DNA from: Oscillospiraceae bacterium
GTDB lineage: Bacteria > Bacillota > Clostridia > Oscillospirales > Ruminococcaceae
DNA length: 64,000 nt
Assembly (NCBI GenBank): GCA_017435045.1
Contig: JAFSFT010000031.1
Span: forward strand, 15,274 to 79,273
Reading direction: 5' to 3'
In this document: positions 20,113 to 29,959 of the stretch, piece by piece
Layout: the number at the start of each line of letters is the position of its first letter
How positions within the stretch are numbered: the first letter of the stretch is position 1
Translations under genes and position numbers: made by a program
Notes under the pieces: generated by a model
Databases searched by the model: none
What the model saw: the letters and a program-made list of their open reading frames with translations, nothing else
Told to the model about the DNA's origin: nothing

Positions 20113-21393
20113 TTAGCCGTTAGCAAGTGCATATTCAGCTGCCCAACCGTCAACAAAGTTTTTAACTACTGCTGCCCAGTTGTCATCTGTCTGGTCTGCT
20201 GCGTAAGCTGTCAAAGCAGAACCAACCATGTTTTTCCATTCTTCGGATGGCATTGTTGGGAAGTTCCAGCCAACTGGAGTTTTGCCTGCAGCGATCATTG
20301 CGTTAGCTTCCTGAACAAATTTGTTGTCAGCTTCAAGAGCTTTTGCGAATGGGATTACAAAGCCCATTTCTTTACACATGCCGTTGAGACCTGTTTCGCT
20401 TGTTACGCACCAGTTAAGGAATGCAAGTGTTGCATCGATATCAGCCTGGGAAGCCTGGCTGTTTACGCACCAGTAGTTTTCAGAACCTGTGCAGAGACCC
20501 TGGTTAGCTTCGTCGCCAACGCCGATGTACAATGGGATCATTGTAAGGTCGTCGATGATAGCTGCGAGGTCGCCAGCTGCCCATGTACCGTTCTGGTAGA
20601 ATACAGCTTTGCCTTCAACCATTTCTGTTACAGCATCGTTACCTGTTTTTGCGGAAAGTTCTGCTGGGTCGCATGTGGAGTTGTTGATGTAGAGATCCCA
20701 GATAGCTCTGTAGTTGTCAAGGTATGTGCCTTTAACTGTACCTGGTGTGATACCTTCTGTCTGGTATTCAAATGTAAGTGGAAGGTTTGCAAGGTGTGTT
20801 TTGAATCTCCAGTCGGAAGAACCGTCCATACCTGCGGAAGAGAATGCTGCAAAGCCGAGTTCTGCGCTGCGAGCTGTGATATCTTCTGCAACTGCTTTAA
20901 GATCTGCGAAGGAAGCAATGTCAGCTGTTGTGTAGCCTGCTGCTTCGAGAAGTTTTGTGTTAGCAATGATACCGTATGTTTCTACAACGTAAGCGATACC
21001 GTAAACTTTGCCGTCTTCGATAAGTGCAAAGCTGTCGCCGCTGAGTTCGTTGTAAACATCAGAACCTGCGAAATCGTAGCAGTAGTCTTTCCAGTTAGCA
21101 AGACCTACAGGACCGTTAACCTGGAAGAGTGTTGGAGCTTCATCTTTGCTCATTTCTGCCATAAGTGTTGTTTCGTATTCACCGGAAGCTGCTGTAACAA
21201 CTGTTACAGGAACACCTGTTTCTGTTGTGTATGCTTCAGCAAGTGCCTGCCACTGAGCATCCTGTTCCGGTTTAAAGTTGAGGTAGTAAACAGAACCTGT
21301 TTCTGCTTCTGGAGCTGCTGGTTCGCTGCCGCCGCAAGCTACCATGGAAAGAGCCATTGCGCCAGCAAGAAGCAAAGCCAATAATTTTTTCAT
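20113..21393 (-). CDS. Carbohydrate (maltodextrin-type, inferred from operon context) ABC transporter substrate-binding lipoprotein
   Basis: MKKLLALLLAGAMALSMVACGGS is a lipobox. 426 aa family-1 SBP. Strongly biased codon usage. First gene of the SBP-permease-permease-LacI-ATPase-malQ string. Confidence 0.85.
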   Translation of the reverse strand: MKKLLALLLAGAMALSMVACGGSEPAAPEAETGSVYYLNFKPEQDAQWQALAEAYTTETGVPVTVVTAASGEYETTLMAEMSKDEAPTLFQVNGPVGLANWKDYCYDFAGSDVYNELSGDSFALIEDGKVYGIAYVVETYGIIANTKLLEAAGYTTADIASFADLKAVAEDITARSAELGFAAFSSAGMDGSSDWRFKTHLANLPLTFEYQTEGITPGTVKGTYLDNYRAIWDLYINNSTCDPAELSAKTGNDAVTEMVEGKAVFYQNGTWAAGDLAAIIDDLTMIPLYIGVGDEANQGLCTGSENYWCVNSQASQADIDATLAFLNWCVTSETGLNGMCKEMGFVIPFAKALEADNKFVQEANAMIAAGKTPVGWNFPTMPSEEWKNMVGSALTAYAADQTDDNWAAVVKNFVDGWAAEYALANG

Positions 21394-21433
21394 AATTTTT
21401 CCTCCATATTGGATTTTTTTTGTTTCGGAAACT

Positions 21434-21461
21434 TATATAAAAACGCTGGAAACGTTTCCAA
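21434..21461 (-). promoter_or_regulatory. Putative sigma-A promoter of the sugar operon
   Basis: Minus strand reads TTGGAA - 16 nt - TATATA(AG). The -10 element lies ~40 nt upstream of the SBP start codon. Confidence 0.5.
21447..21460. promoter_or_regulatory. LacI/CcpA-family operator (cre-like perfect palindrome)
   Basis: TGGAAACGTTTCCA is a perfect 14-bp palindrome fitting TGnAAnCGnTTnCA. It overlaps the -35/spacer of the putative promoter. Confidence 0.7.
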
Positions 21462-21732
21462 TTTCCTGTACCTAACATTTTATACTTTTTCGGGCGAATT
21501 TTCAAGCCAATTTTGTGATTTCCTACAAAAATGTGAGAGTTGCTACAACATTTGTCTAATTTTTGTGCAACATTACAACATATGTTACAAAAAAGTTACA
21601 GACGTAAAAGAAAAAGTTGTAATTGAGATGTAAAATGTATCCATAAAACGGCTATTTTACTTGAAAAAAGCACGATGTTTCTTTATACTTTACTTATCAA
21701 TTTAAGTGCTTATTACAAGGAGGTTTACAGCC

Positions 21733-22419
21733 TTGAACAATATTCCCGTAGATATGGAAAAGGCAAAAAAATATGCCTTTACAATGCGTCTGAGAGAGGT
21801 TTTTACCGACGGGTTGCTGACAAATCTTAAATGGAACCTGCTTTTTATATTCACCAGCCTGCCGGTTGTTACCATCGGTGCATCAATGGCGGCTTTGTCC
21901 CATTGTACAAATCTGTTGGTAAAGGATGATATGGTGCAGCATCATGCTGCGAAGATTTATTTTGCTGCATTTAAAGCATCTTTCAAAAGGGCTTTTCCTG
22001 TGGGGCTGGCAATTCTTGTGCTGAATGTTATTTTTGGCACAGGCATCAGCTATTATGTACAGCTTATGGGACAGAATGTTATGTTTGTGCCGCTGGCATC
22101 GGCATCACTGCTTGCAGTTATCGCAGTGTGGGCGGTTATCATTCACCTTATGCCGTCGTTTTTTGAATCAACCGATTTTGACAGCAACACAGTTACTGTA
22201 AGCACAGCATCCACAAGAGAGCTGATTTCTCTGGCAGCACGCACAGTTCTTGTTACAATGAAAAAGACGATTATCACCCTTCTTATCTCCACTTTTATCC
22301 TTGCTGTGCTGGCATTGTATATGCCGGTTACAATTCCAATTGTGCTTACACTCGGCTTTTCCATTCCTGCACAGATATGTGCGTTCAGCCATACCGAGCC
22401 GGAGATACTGGATTATTAA
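21733..22419 (+). CDS. YesL-like (DUF624) membrane protein
   Basis: Start uncertain: TTG at 21733 lies 9 nt after RBS aaggagg, and ATG at 21754 is also in frame. FTDGLLTNLKWNLLFIFTSLPVVTIGASMAAL is typical of DUF624 proteins, which accompany sugar ABC loci. Confidence 0.6.
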   Translation: MNNIPVDMEKAKKYAFTMRLREVFTDGLLTNLKWNLLFIFTSLPVVTIGASMAALSHCTNLLVKDDMVQHHAAKIYFAAFKASFKRAFPVGLAILVLNVIFGTGISYYVQLMGQNVMFVPLASASLLAVIAVWAVIIHLMPSFFESTDFDSNTVTVSTASTRELISLAARTVLVTMKKTIITLLISTFILAVLALYMPVTIPIVLTLGFSIPAQICAFSHTEPEILDY

Positions 22420-22446
22420 ATGTATTGATATAAAGGCGGCAACAGT

Positions 22447-22959
22447 ATGAGAGATGCAATTGTTATTCTTTTTGTAATGTTTGTTCTGCTGTCGGTGCTT
22501 TTTGTTGTAGAGGGGAATTTTTCGAAACTGTTTTTTACTCTCATAACATCCGTTGCGGCGATTTATCAGGTTATAAGCGGGACATACAGTTATATGGGTT
22601 TTCCTGCAAAGGCGGCAGATGCCATTGTAGACTATTCACCGCCCGTGGAGGTGTGGCTGCAGCGGTACAACAGTTTTGTGTTTGCGGCACTGGCGGTGGC
22701 ACTGCTGTTTTTTGTGCTGCACTTTATACTTGTACTGCTGGAGAGAGAAAAGATAATAAAATACAGTGTGTATCTTACAGCAGCACTTGCGGTAGTCCTG
22801 TCACTGGTAATTGCAGCGGGGGCAATTGCGGTCGGACTTGCCAACATGAACAAATATTTTGATTTTGCGTCTCAGGTGCTTGCCATAGCGGTAAGTATAA
22901 GTTCGGTTATCATTCTGTATACGGTAACCTACATCAAATGGCAGCAGGAAAAACTATAG
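22447..22959 (+). CDS. Hypothetical polytopic membrane protein (170 aa)
   Basis: About five hydrophobic segments. I recognise no family. Followed by a strong terminator. Confidence 0.6.
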   Translation: MRDAIVILFVMFVLLSVLFVVEGNFSKLFFTLITSVAAIYQVISGTYSYMGFPAKAADAIVDYSPPVEVWLQRYNSFVFAALAVALLFFVLHFILVLLEREKIIKYSVYLTAALAVVLSLVIAAGAIAVGLANMNKYFDFASQVLAIAVSISSVIILYTVTYIKWQQEKL

Positions 22960-22977
22960 CTTTTACAGATATAATAT

Positions 22978-23025
22978 GACAGATATCCATAAGGGGGTTC
23001 CTTATGGATTATCTGTCTTTTTCTT
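22978..23025 (+). terminator. Rho-independent terminator
   Basis: GACAGATATCCATAAGG-gggtt-CCTTATGGATTATCTGTC followed by TTTTT. Confidence 0.75.
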
Positions 23026-23135
23026 TTGCTGTCAGCCGCCTTGATTTACCCGCCGTAAAATGCTAATATAAATGTATTATAATGGATAATTATGACCATA
23101 TATCAGCATGCTTTGTATGCAGAGGGGATTAATAT

Positions 23136-25316
23136 ATGAAGATAAAAAGTATTTTTCAAAGGTTCAGACACCTGTTTATACTGACGGCAATTGTTATTGC
23201 TGCTGCAGTGTGTATGGCATGGGTGGGATATGATACGGTAAGAGAATCAGTTGGTCTCGGTTATCGGCAGATTGTCAACGATGAATACTCTGTTATCAGC
23301 GATGATATCAGCAACGGCATCGTCCAGCCAATCACCGTCAAGGCAAATACAAATTTCTATGGTGTAAACATCAATCTGCACACCTACAACCGCGTTGTAT
23401 TCGGCAAAATTTTTGTTGAACTCTGGGATGCCGACGGCAATGTTCTTGCTGTGGTACAGGATGATATGACCAACATAAAGGACAACACCTTTATGTGCTT
23501 TGATTTTGACGGTCGGAATTTTAAAAGCGAAGAGGACAAAGAGTATCAGCTGGTTGTGTATACAAGGCCAGAAACACAGGAAGACAAGGTTGCTGTATGG
23601 CAGAGCGCCGAAACTGTGGAAGGATACAAGCCTATGACCTATGGCGGTGAGGAAACAGCAGGAACACTGGCGCTGCAGTACATCGTAAAGTATGTTACAA
23701 AAGCAATCTGGAACTACTACTTTGTTCTCTGTGCACTTATGCTGATTCTTCTTGTGGGGGCATATCTGCTTATATTTGTAAAAAAGGTGAAAGTGTCCAC
23801 GGCATTTGTATTTATAGCAGCGGTACTTGGGATAATCTTCAGCCTTTACACACCTGTAAAGGGTGCACCTGACGAATATATCCATATTACAACTGCATAC
23901 AGCAGAGCAAACAGCTGGCTTGGCTATGATTACGGCGGGTATTACGAAGGCACACTGCTTATGAGGGAAAGTGATGCAATAGACTGGATGAATCCTGTAA
24001 ACTACAATGCTTTTGAACTTCATGACCTGTACGAAAATTTTGAAAAAACGGAAAAAACAGACAATCTGGTTTTTATAAAAGCAGGTAAAGCCAATATGTT
24101 TCCGCCGCTTTACTGGGCACAGGCGGCAGGCATATGTATTGCTAAAATGCTGGGCGTAAGCTTTTCAATGCTTATTGTTATGGGCAGGCTTGCAAACCTT
24201 GCACTTTATATCGGTATGGTATATCTTGCCATAAGAAGAATGCCGTTTTTTAAAACCACAATGGCGGTAATAGCACTTACCCCTGTTCCGCTTCAGCTTG
24301 CGGCATCCTTCAGCTACGATACATTTGTTACAGGGCTGTGTTTCCTTTTTATAGCTTCGGTACTGCAGCTTGTATACAGCAGCGAAAAGGTAACTGTAAA
24401 GGATACGGCAACTCTGGCTTTGCTTGCAGCACTTATTGCTCCTGGCAAAACCATATATATCCTTGTTGTTGCTCTGGTGCTTGCTATTCCTGTAACTAAA
24501 TTCGGCGGGATGAAAAAAGCCGTTATCAACATCTCGGTTATTGCAGTGGCAGCGGTTGTTATGTGGCTCTGCTACAACCAGAATGTAATCGGTTTTGTCA
24601 GGGATAATCTATCTCCGTGGCTTGGTGAGACTCAAAAGGTTGTCGACATTGAGGAAGAGGAAAGAAAACAGCTTATAAAGGACCAGTGGTATCAGACTAT
24701 AGATGCCGATGTTATTGAAATTGAAAGTGAAAGTGATGCTGTGGACAGTGCAGCACAAGAAGAAATCGGCGAAACAGGTATAACAGCAGCCGGCGACAGC
24801 CTGACCTATTACAGCATAGGATATATACTGAACAATATCCCTAAAACTGTAAAGCTGTTTGTGAATACGCTGCAGGAAAATACAGAATTGTATATCCGTC
24901 AGATATTCGGCGGCATATTCGGCGAGGCGATAGTTTCACCTGTCAAGATAAACTGGCTGTATGTATTTGCGGTTATTGCCATAGTATTTATGAGTACGCT
25001 GCTGCCTCAGGGAGAACATCTTGTGTACAGAGGAAAAGAAAAATGGTGGTGCTTTGCTGTTGCGGTAGCAATTGCGGCATTGGTAATAGTGGCGGGAATT
25101 ATGTGGACACCTGTAAATTACACCACAATATTCGGTATTCAGGGCAGATATATAATCCCTGTACTGCCGCTTATAGTTATGTTTTTTGCTAATGAGAATA
25201 TAACCCTTAAAAAGAAAATTGACGATGTACTGCTCTTTGCAATCTGTGCCGTAAACGTGCTTATGCTCCTTGACGGGCTTACAATTATGCTGGCAAACAC
25301 AATCGTATATTATTAA
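23136..25316 (+). CDS. Large polytopic membrane protein, DUF2142/GT-C-like (putative glycosyltransferase)
   Basis: 726 aa. N-terminal TM, then a ~170-aa extracytoplasmic domain, then >10 TM segments. The first loop carries GAPDEYIHITTAY, which matches the PDE..H motif I associate with DUF2142. An acidic insert EEEERKQLIKDQ...ESESDAVDSAAQEE is also present. Confidence 0.55.
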   Translation: MKIKSIFQRFRHLFILTAIVIAAAVCMAWVGYDTVRESVGLGYRQIVNDEYSVISDDISNGIVQPITVKANTNFYGVNINLHTYNRVVFGKIFVELWDADGNVLAVVQDDMTNIKDNTFMCFDFDGRNFKSEEDKEYQLVVYTRPETQEDKVAVWQSAETVEGYKPMTYGGEETAGTLALQYIVKYVTKAIWNYYFVLCALMLILLVGAYLLIFVKKVKVSTAFVFIAAVLGIIFSLYTPVKGAPDEYIHITTAYSRANSWLGYDYGGYYEGTLLMRESDAIDWMNPVNYNAFELHDLYENFEKTEKTDNLVFIKAGKANMFPPLYWAQAAGICIAKMLGVSFSMLIVMGRLANLALYIGMVYLAIRRMPFFKTTMAVIALTPVPLQLAASFSYDTFVTGLCFLFIASVLQLVYSSEKVTVKDTATLALLAALIAPGKTIYILVVALVLAIPVTKFGGMKKAVINISVIAVAAVVMWLCYNQNVIGFVRDNLSPWLGETQKVVDIEEEERKQLIKDQWYQTIDADVIEIESESDAVDSAAQEEIGETGITAAGDSLTYYSIGYILNNIPKTVKLFVNTLQENTELYIRQIFGGIFGEAIVSPVKINWLYVFAVIAIVFMSTLLPQGEHLVYRGKEKWWCFAVAVAIAALVIVAGIMWTPVNYTTIFGIQGRYIIPVLPLIVMFFANENITLKKKIDDVLLFAICAVNVLMLLDGLTIMLANTIVYY

Positions 25317-25324
25317 AAGTTTTT

Positions 25325-25361
25325 ATCCTCTCTGCAGCGACGTTGCGGAGAGGATTTTTTT
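25325..25361 (+). terminator. Rho-independent terminator
   Basis: ATCCTCTCTGC-agcgacgtt-GCGGAGAGGAT followed by TTTTTTT. Confidence 0.75.
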
Positions 25362-25449
25362 GATTGTATTAAATCTGTTGTTTTGTTGACAATACAATTG
25401 CAAAAAGAGTATGATAAATTTATAAATAAAAGCTCAGAGGCGGTGTGTT

Positions 25450-26757
25450 ATGGAAAAGAAGGTTTCAAAGGGACTTACAGAGTTTTTAAACAGCAGTTAT
25501 ACGGCGTTTCATGCTGTTGAAAATATAAAATCAAGGCTGTTGAGCGAGGGCTTTATTCCTCTCTCAGAAGGCGAAAAATGGAAGATTGAAAAGGGCGGCA
25601 GGTATTTTGTCACCCGCAATGACACATCTGTTATAGCCTTTAAAGTGCCGGACAATGACTATATCGGATTTAACATTGTGGCCAGCCACAGCGATTCTCC
25701 CTGCTTTAAAATCAAGGAGAACGCCGAGATAACCCAGGCAGGAAATTATATATGTCTCAATACGGAAAAATATGGCGGTATGATTATGTCCACCTGGTTT
25801 GACCGTCCGCTGTCCGTTGCAGGCAGAATTATAGTTAAAACACAGAAAGGGCTGGAAAGCCGCCTTGTAAATGTGGACAAAGACCTGCTTATAATTCCTA
25901 ACCTTGCAATCCATATGGACCGCACGGTAAATGACGGCAAGGCCATCAATCCGCAGAACGATATGCTGCCGCTTTTTGGCGATTTAAGCAGAAAAGATAT
26001 GTTTATGCAGGTTGTGGCAGAGGCTGCGGATGTGGTGAAAGAGGATATAGTCGCAAAGGATCTGTATCTCTATGTACGCCAGAAGGCAGGCTTTGTCGGT
26101 CTGGATGAAGAATTTGTCACAGGACCAAAGCTGGACGATCTGCAGTGTGCCTATACTTCTATGGAGGGCTTTATTGCCGCAGAAAAATCCGGTTCTGTTG
26201 CGGTGCTTGCAGTGTTTGACAACGAGGAAGCAGGCAGCGGCACAAAGCAGGGGGCACTCTCCACAATGCTTTACGATACCCTTACAAGACTTAACAGGGC
26301 ACTGGGATATGACGAGGAATACTATCTGTGTGCATTGACAAATTCCTTTATGATTTCCGCAGATAATGCACATTCCCTCCATCCGAACTACTCTGCAAAG
26401 GCAGACCCTACCAACCGCCCTGTTATAAATAAAGGTGTGGTTATAAAGCACCACGCAAACCAGCAGTACACTACAGACGCAGTAAGCTGTGCGGTGTTCA
26501 CACAGCTGGCAGAGGCTGTCGGTGCAGAGGTACAGCACTTTGCAAACCGCTCGGATATGGTGGGTGGCTCAACCCTTGGCAACCTGTCCAACCGGCACGT
26601 TTCGCTCAACGCAGTGGATATCGGTCTGCCGCAGTTTGCAATGCATTCCTGTATCGAAACCGCAGGGGTAAAGGATACCGAGGACTTTGCAGCCATCTGT
26701 AAAAAGTTCTACAGCACATCGGTTGTTAAAAAGGACAACTGTTATACACTTGAATAA
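25450..26757 (+). CDS. M18 family aminopeptidase
   Basis: 435 aa. FLNSSYTAFHAVENI...GGRYFVTRNDTSVIAF...ASHSDSPCFKIK...DNEEAGSGTKQGA...ISADNAHSLHPNY are M18 blocks. Confidence 0.85.
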   Translation: MEKKVSKGLTEFLNSSYTAFHAVENIKSRLLSEGFIPLSEGEKWKIEKGGRYFVTRNDTSVIAFKVPDNDYIGFNIVASHSDSPCFKIKENAEITQAGNYICLNTEKYGGMIMSTWFDRPLSVAGRIIVKTQKGLESRLVNVDKDLLIIPNLAIHMDRTVNDGKAINPQNDMLPLFGDLSRKDMFMQVVAEAADVVKEDIVAKDLYLYVRQKAGFVGLDEEFVTGPKLDDLQCAYTSMEGFIAAEKSGSVAVLAVFDNEEAGSGTKQGALSTMLYDTLTRLNRALGYDEEYYLCALTNSFMISADNAHSLHPNYSAKADPTNRPVINKGVVIKHHANQQYTTDAVSCAVFTQLAEAVGAEVQHFANRSDMVGGSTLGNLSNRHVSLNAVDIGLPQFAMHSCIETAGVKDTEDFAAICKKFYSTSVVKKDNCYTLE

Positions 26758-26782
26758 ATAACCTAAAGACAGGAGATATATT

Positions 26783-27559
26783 ATGAAAATAGGTGTTATC
26801 GGCACAGGTGTTATCGCTTCAGCAATGGTTACAGGCTTCTGCGACTGGGAATGCGAGCACGAATTTATCCTCTCTCCAAGAAATGCGGAAAAATCCGCTG
26901 CTCTTGCAGCAAAATATCCAAACTGTACTGTGGCAAAGGACAATCAGGATGTTCTGGACAATTGCGAGGCTGTAATCCTTGCCGTTGTTCCACAGAAAGC
27001 GGAAGAAATCCTTTCTCCGCTCAACTTCCGCAAAGAGCTTAAGGTTATCAGCCTTATTCCTGTTCTCGGCCTTGAGAAAATTGCACAGATTATCGGCGAA
27101 ACAGAAATTCTTGTGGATGTTCTGCCACTGCCTTTTATCCGTCAGCGTATAGGTCCTGTGGTTATCAATCCTCCTTGTCAGGAGATTGAAGACCTTATCA
27201 GACCGCTGGGTACACTTATTGCAGTTGAGGACAAAACCGAGATGGCAGCAATGAGAACCATCACTGCTCTTATGAGTCCGTTCTATGAACTGTGCTATGC
27301 TGTTACTGAATGGGGCATGGAAAACTCCCTCTCCGAGCCTGCCTCCAAAGCATACACCACAAGTTTTTTCGGTGCACTGGCAACAATGGCAAGCCAGACC
27401 GACGAGGGCAAGCTGAAGGAACTGGCCGAAGAAATGACACCGGGCGGCCTTAACTGGCAGGCAACAAACTACCTTAAGGACAACGAGGCTTTCCGCCACT
27501 GGCAGATTGCTCTTGACGCTATTATGGAACGTGTTACAGGGGTTAAAAAACAGAAATAA
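26783..27559 (+). CDS. NAD(P)-binding oxidoreductase, pyrroline-5-carboxylate reductase-like
   Basis: MKIGVIGTGVIASAMVTGF is a Rossmann fingerprint. 258 aa, with ProC-like length and layout. Function not certain. Confidence 0.6.
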   Translation: MKIGVIGTGVIASAMVTGFCDWECEHEFILSPRNAEKSAALAAKYPNCTVAKDNQDVLDNCEAVILAVVPQKAEEILSPLNFRKELKVISLIPVLGLEKIAQIIGETEILVDVLPLPFIRQRIGPVVINPPCQEIEDLIRPLGTLIAVEDKTEMAAMRTITALMSPFYELCYAVTEWGMENSLSEPASKAYTTSFFGALATMASQTDEGKLKELAEEMTPGGLNWQATNYLKDNEAFRHWQIALDAIMERVTGVKKQK

Positions 27560-27678
27560 TTCCAAAAACAAAAATCCTCATCGGTTGATGGGGGTTTTAT
27601 CTCTTGCCGCACACATTTGTGCTGTATAATCATAGGGTTAAAAAAGGCGGATAAATCAATTAAAAGGCAGGCTGTTTT

Positions 27679-28629
27679 ATGTTGAAAACACTTCTTATAG
27701 CTGCGGTGCTGGCTTTTATTGCCGCGGTGATAATTTCGTACATATGCTTTCGCATAGTTTTCTATGTTCCGCAGAAAAACAAGGGTAAAACTATGGCGAT
27801 AAAGGGGGCAGCTTACGACCCGTACCGAGAAACCATGAAAAAAATGGTGCAGGACAGCCGGAAGATACCATATGAGGATTTTTATATAAAATCCTTTGAC
27901 GGACTTACCCTCCACGCAAAGTATTACGAGTGCCGTAAGGGTGCGGACACCGAGATTATGTTTCACGGATATCGCGGCAGTGCCGAAAGGGATTTAAGCG
28001 GAGGCATACAGCGCTGCTTTGCCATAGGCAGAAATGCCCTTGTCGTTGACCAGCGCACAAGCTGCGGCAGCGGGGGCAATGTTATAACTTTTGGTATAAA
28101 TGAACATCGTGACTGCATTGCATGGGCAGAGTTTGCCGCACAGCATTTCGGAAGCGGGGTAAACCTTATCCTCTGCGGCATCTCGATGGGGGCCTCCACC
28201 GTGCTTATGGCAGCGGGCAAGCCGCTTCCGCCAAATGTAAAGGGTGTCCTTGCCGACTGCGGCTTTTCCACCGCCGAGGCAATTATCAAAAAGTGCAGCA
28301 GGGATATGCACCTGCCGACACAGCTTGTTTATCCGTTTATAAAGCTGGGAGCAAGGCTTTATGGTAAATTTGACCTTGAGGAATACTCTGCACTGGAATC
28401 GGTAAAAAACTGCAGACTGCCAGTTATCTTCTTTCACGGTGAAAGCGACGATTTTGTCCCCTGTGATATGAGCAGACAGCTGGCTGAAGCCTGCGCATCG
28501 CCAAACCGCCTTGTTACAATTGCAGGTGCCGGCCACGGAATAGCTTATCTTGTGGACCCCGAAAGATATTTAAAGGAACTTTCACAGTTTTTTACAGAAA
28601 ACGGACTGGAAACAAAGGTAATAAACTAA
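27679..28629 (+). CDS. Alpha/beta hydrolase with an N-terminal membrane anchor
   Basis: N-terminal TM LLIAAVLAFIAAVIISYICF. Nucleophile elbow GISMGAS. HG-type FHGYRGS. C-terminal GAGHG. Confidence 0.8.
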   Translation: MLKTLLIAAVLAFIAAVIISYICFRIVFYVPQKNKGKTMAIKGAAYDPYRETMKKMVQDSRKIPYEDFYIKSFDGLTLHAKYYECRKGADTEIMFHGYRGSAERDLSGGIQRCFAIGRNALVVDQRTSCGSGGNVITFGINEHRDCIAWAEFAAQHFGSGVNLILCGISMGASTVLMAAGKPLPPNVKGVLADCGFSTAEAIIKKCSRDMHLPTQLVYPFIKLGARLYGKFDLEEYSALESVKNCRLPVIFFHGESDDFVPCDMSRQLAEACASPNRLVTIAGAGHGIAYLVDPERYLKELSQFFTENGLETKVIN

Positions 28630-28637
28630 AATACAAC

Positions 28638-28677
28638 AAAACACCGCTGTCAGAAAATTTTCTGACAGCGGTGTTTT
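28638..28677. terminator. Bidirectional Rho-independent terminator
   Basis: Perfect palindrome AAAACACCGCTGTCAGAAAA/TTTTCTGACAGCGGTGTTTT between convergent genes. Confidence 0.8.
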
Positions 28678-28700
28678 GCTTTATAATAAATTGTTCAGGG

Positions 28701-29699
28701 CTATTTTTTCATAACAACACTTTTTGCAATGGCCTCAACAACAGCATAGAATACACCTGCTACAGGCCAGATAATCCAGGTGCGGTGCCATTCCATTGTG
28801 GCAAAACTCCACAGCAGATAAACAGAGATTATGCTGCACCAGTAAACTGTGCTTACAGTTTCAAGTCTGCGTTTTGCCTTTTTTTCGCTTTCGGTATATT
28901 CGCCCTCCTCCAGCAGCTTCTGGTAGCAGCCGTTTATGACACCGCTTCTCACCATAAGAAATACGCCGCAGGCAATAAATATAAGCAGCATTGCCACAAA
29001 ATATACCATTTCAAGGTCACTGGCGGTAAAGGCAGCACCAATCATAATTGGTATAACACCTATTATGCACAGCACTACGCCGCAGGCAATGGAGAATATG
29101 TGTGTTTTGGCATACTGTTCCTTTTTCTTTTCCACAATGCCTTTTATGCCGTATTCAAGGGTGATATCCTTTTTTTCAAGAAATTCCCACCTGTTTGTTT
29201 GCATACCGCACACAATAAGTATTGCCACGCCTATTGCCACAATCAGCAGCAGTATGGCAACACCTATGCCGCCTGCGGCATCCTCGGTCAGAGGGAATGT
29301 GGAGGAAATATCGCTTAAACCGCCAAGCAGAATAAGTGGCACAGGGCAGAGTATACACAGCGTTACGCCAAGGGCTATAAATTTTGCCAGCTTTTCGCAC
29401 AGACTCATATATGTATTTGCATCCTCCACCGTCACAAGAACACTGTCGTCAAAATCGTAGCTTGTGGCAGTGTCGGCAGTTGCGGTTTTTGGCAGCTGTT
29501 CAATATCATCCTTCAAAAGATAATCGGTCGGCACACCGAAAATGTCGCTGAGTTTTAGTATTTTATCAAGGTCTGGTATAGAGGTGCCGCTTTCCCATTT
29601 GGATACGGACTGTCGGCTTACGCCAAGCTGTTCTGCCAGCTGTTCCTGACTCCATCCCTGCTGTTTTCGCATAAGTATAATTTTATCGGCAAGTATCAT
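28701..29699 (-). CDS. XRE-family HTH protein fused to a polytopic membrane domain
   Basis: Start moved to [56 protein letters not shown] (Cro/C1 HTH). About 6 TM segments follow. Confidence 0.8.
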   Translation of the reverse strand: MILADKIILMRKQQGWSQEQLAEQLGVSRQSVSKWESGTSIPDLDKILKLSDIFGVPTDYLLKDDIEQLPKTATADTATSYDFDDSVLVTVEDANTYMSLCEKLAKFIALGVTLCILCPVPLILLGGLSDISSTFPLTEDAAGGIGVAILLLIVAIGVAILIVCGMQTNRWEFLEKKDITLEYGIKGIVEKKKEQYAKTHIFSIACGVVLCIIGVIPIMIGAAFTASDLEMVYFVAMLLIFIACGVFLMVRSGVINGCYQKLLEEGEYTESEKKAKRRLETVSTVYWCSIISVYLLWSFATMEWHRTWIIWPVAGVFYAVVEAIAKSVVMKK

Positions 29700-29959
29700 A
29701 AGTAGTTCCTTTCGCTGCATAATACAGGTGCAGAATGCTGTTCTGCACAGGCTGTTTTCTATGGTTACAGTATAGCCTTTTGCACCCCGCAAAGCCACCA
29801 ACTGCACTTGGAAATCTGTCAACTTACAGTTGCAGCACCCTTATTATACACTTTACATCGCAAAAAAACAGCTGAAATTCAGATTTGTTTCACAAATTGA
29901 ATATATTTATATGATAAAGTTAATACAAATAAAATAACCGACTTATAAGGAGGATATCA

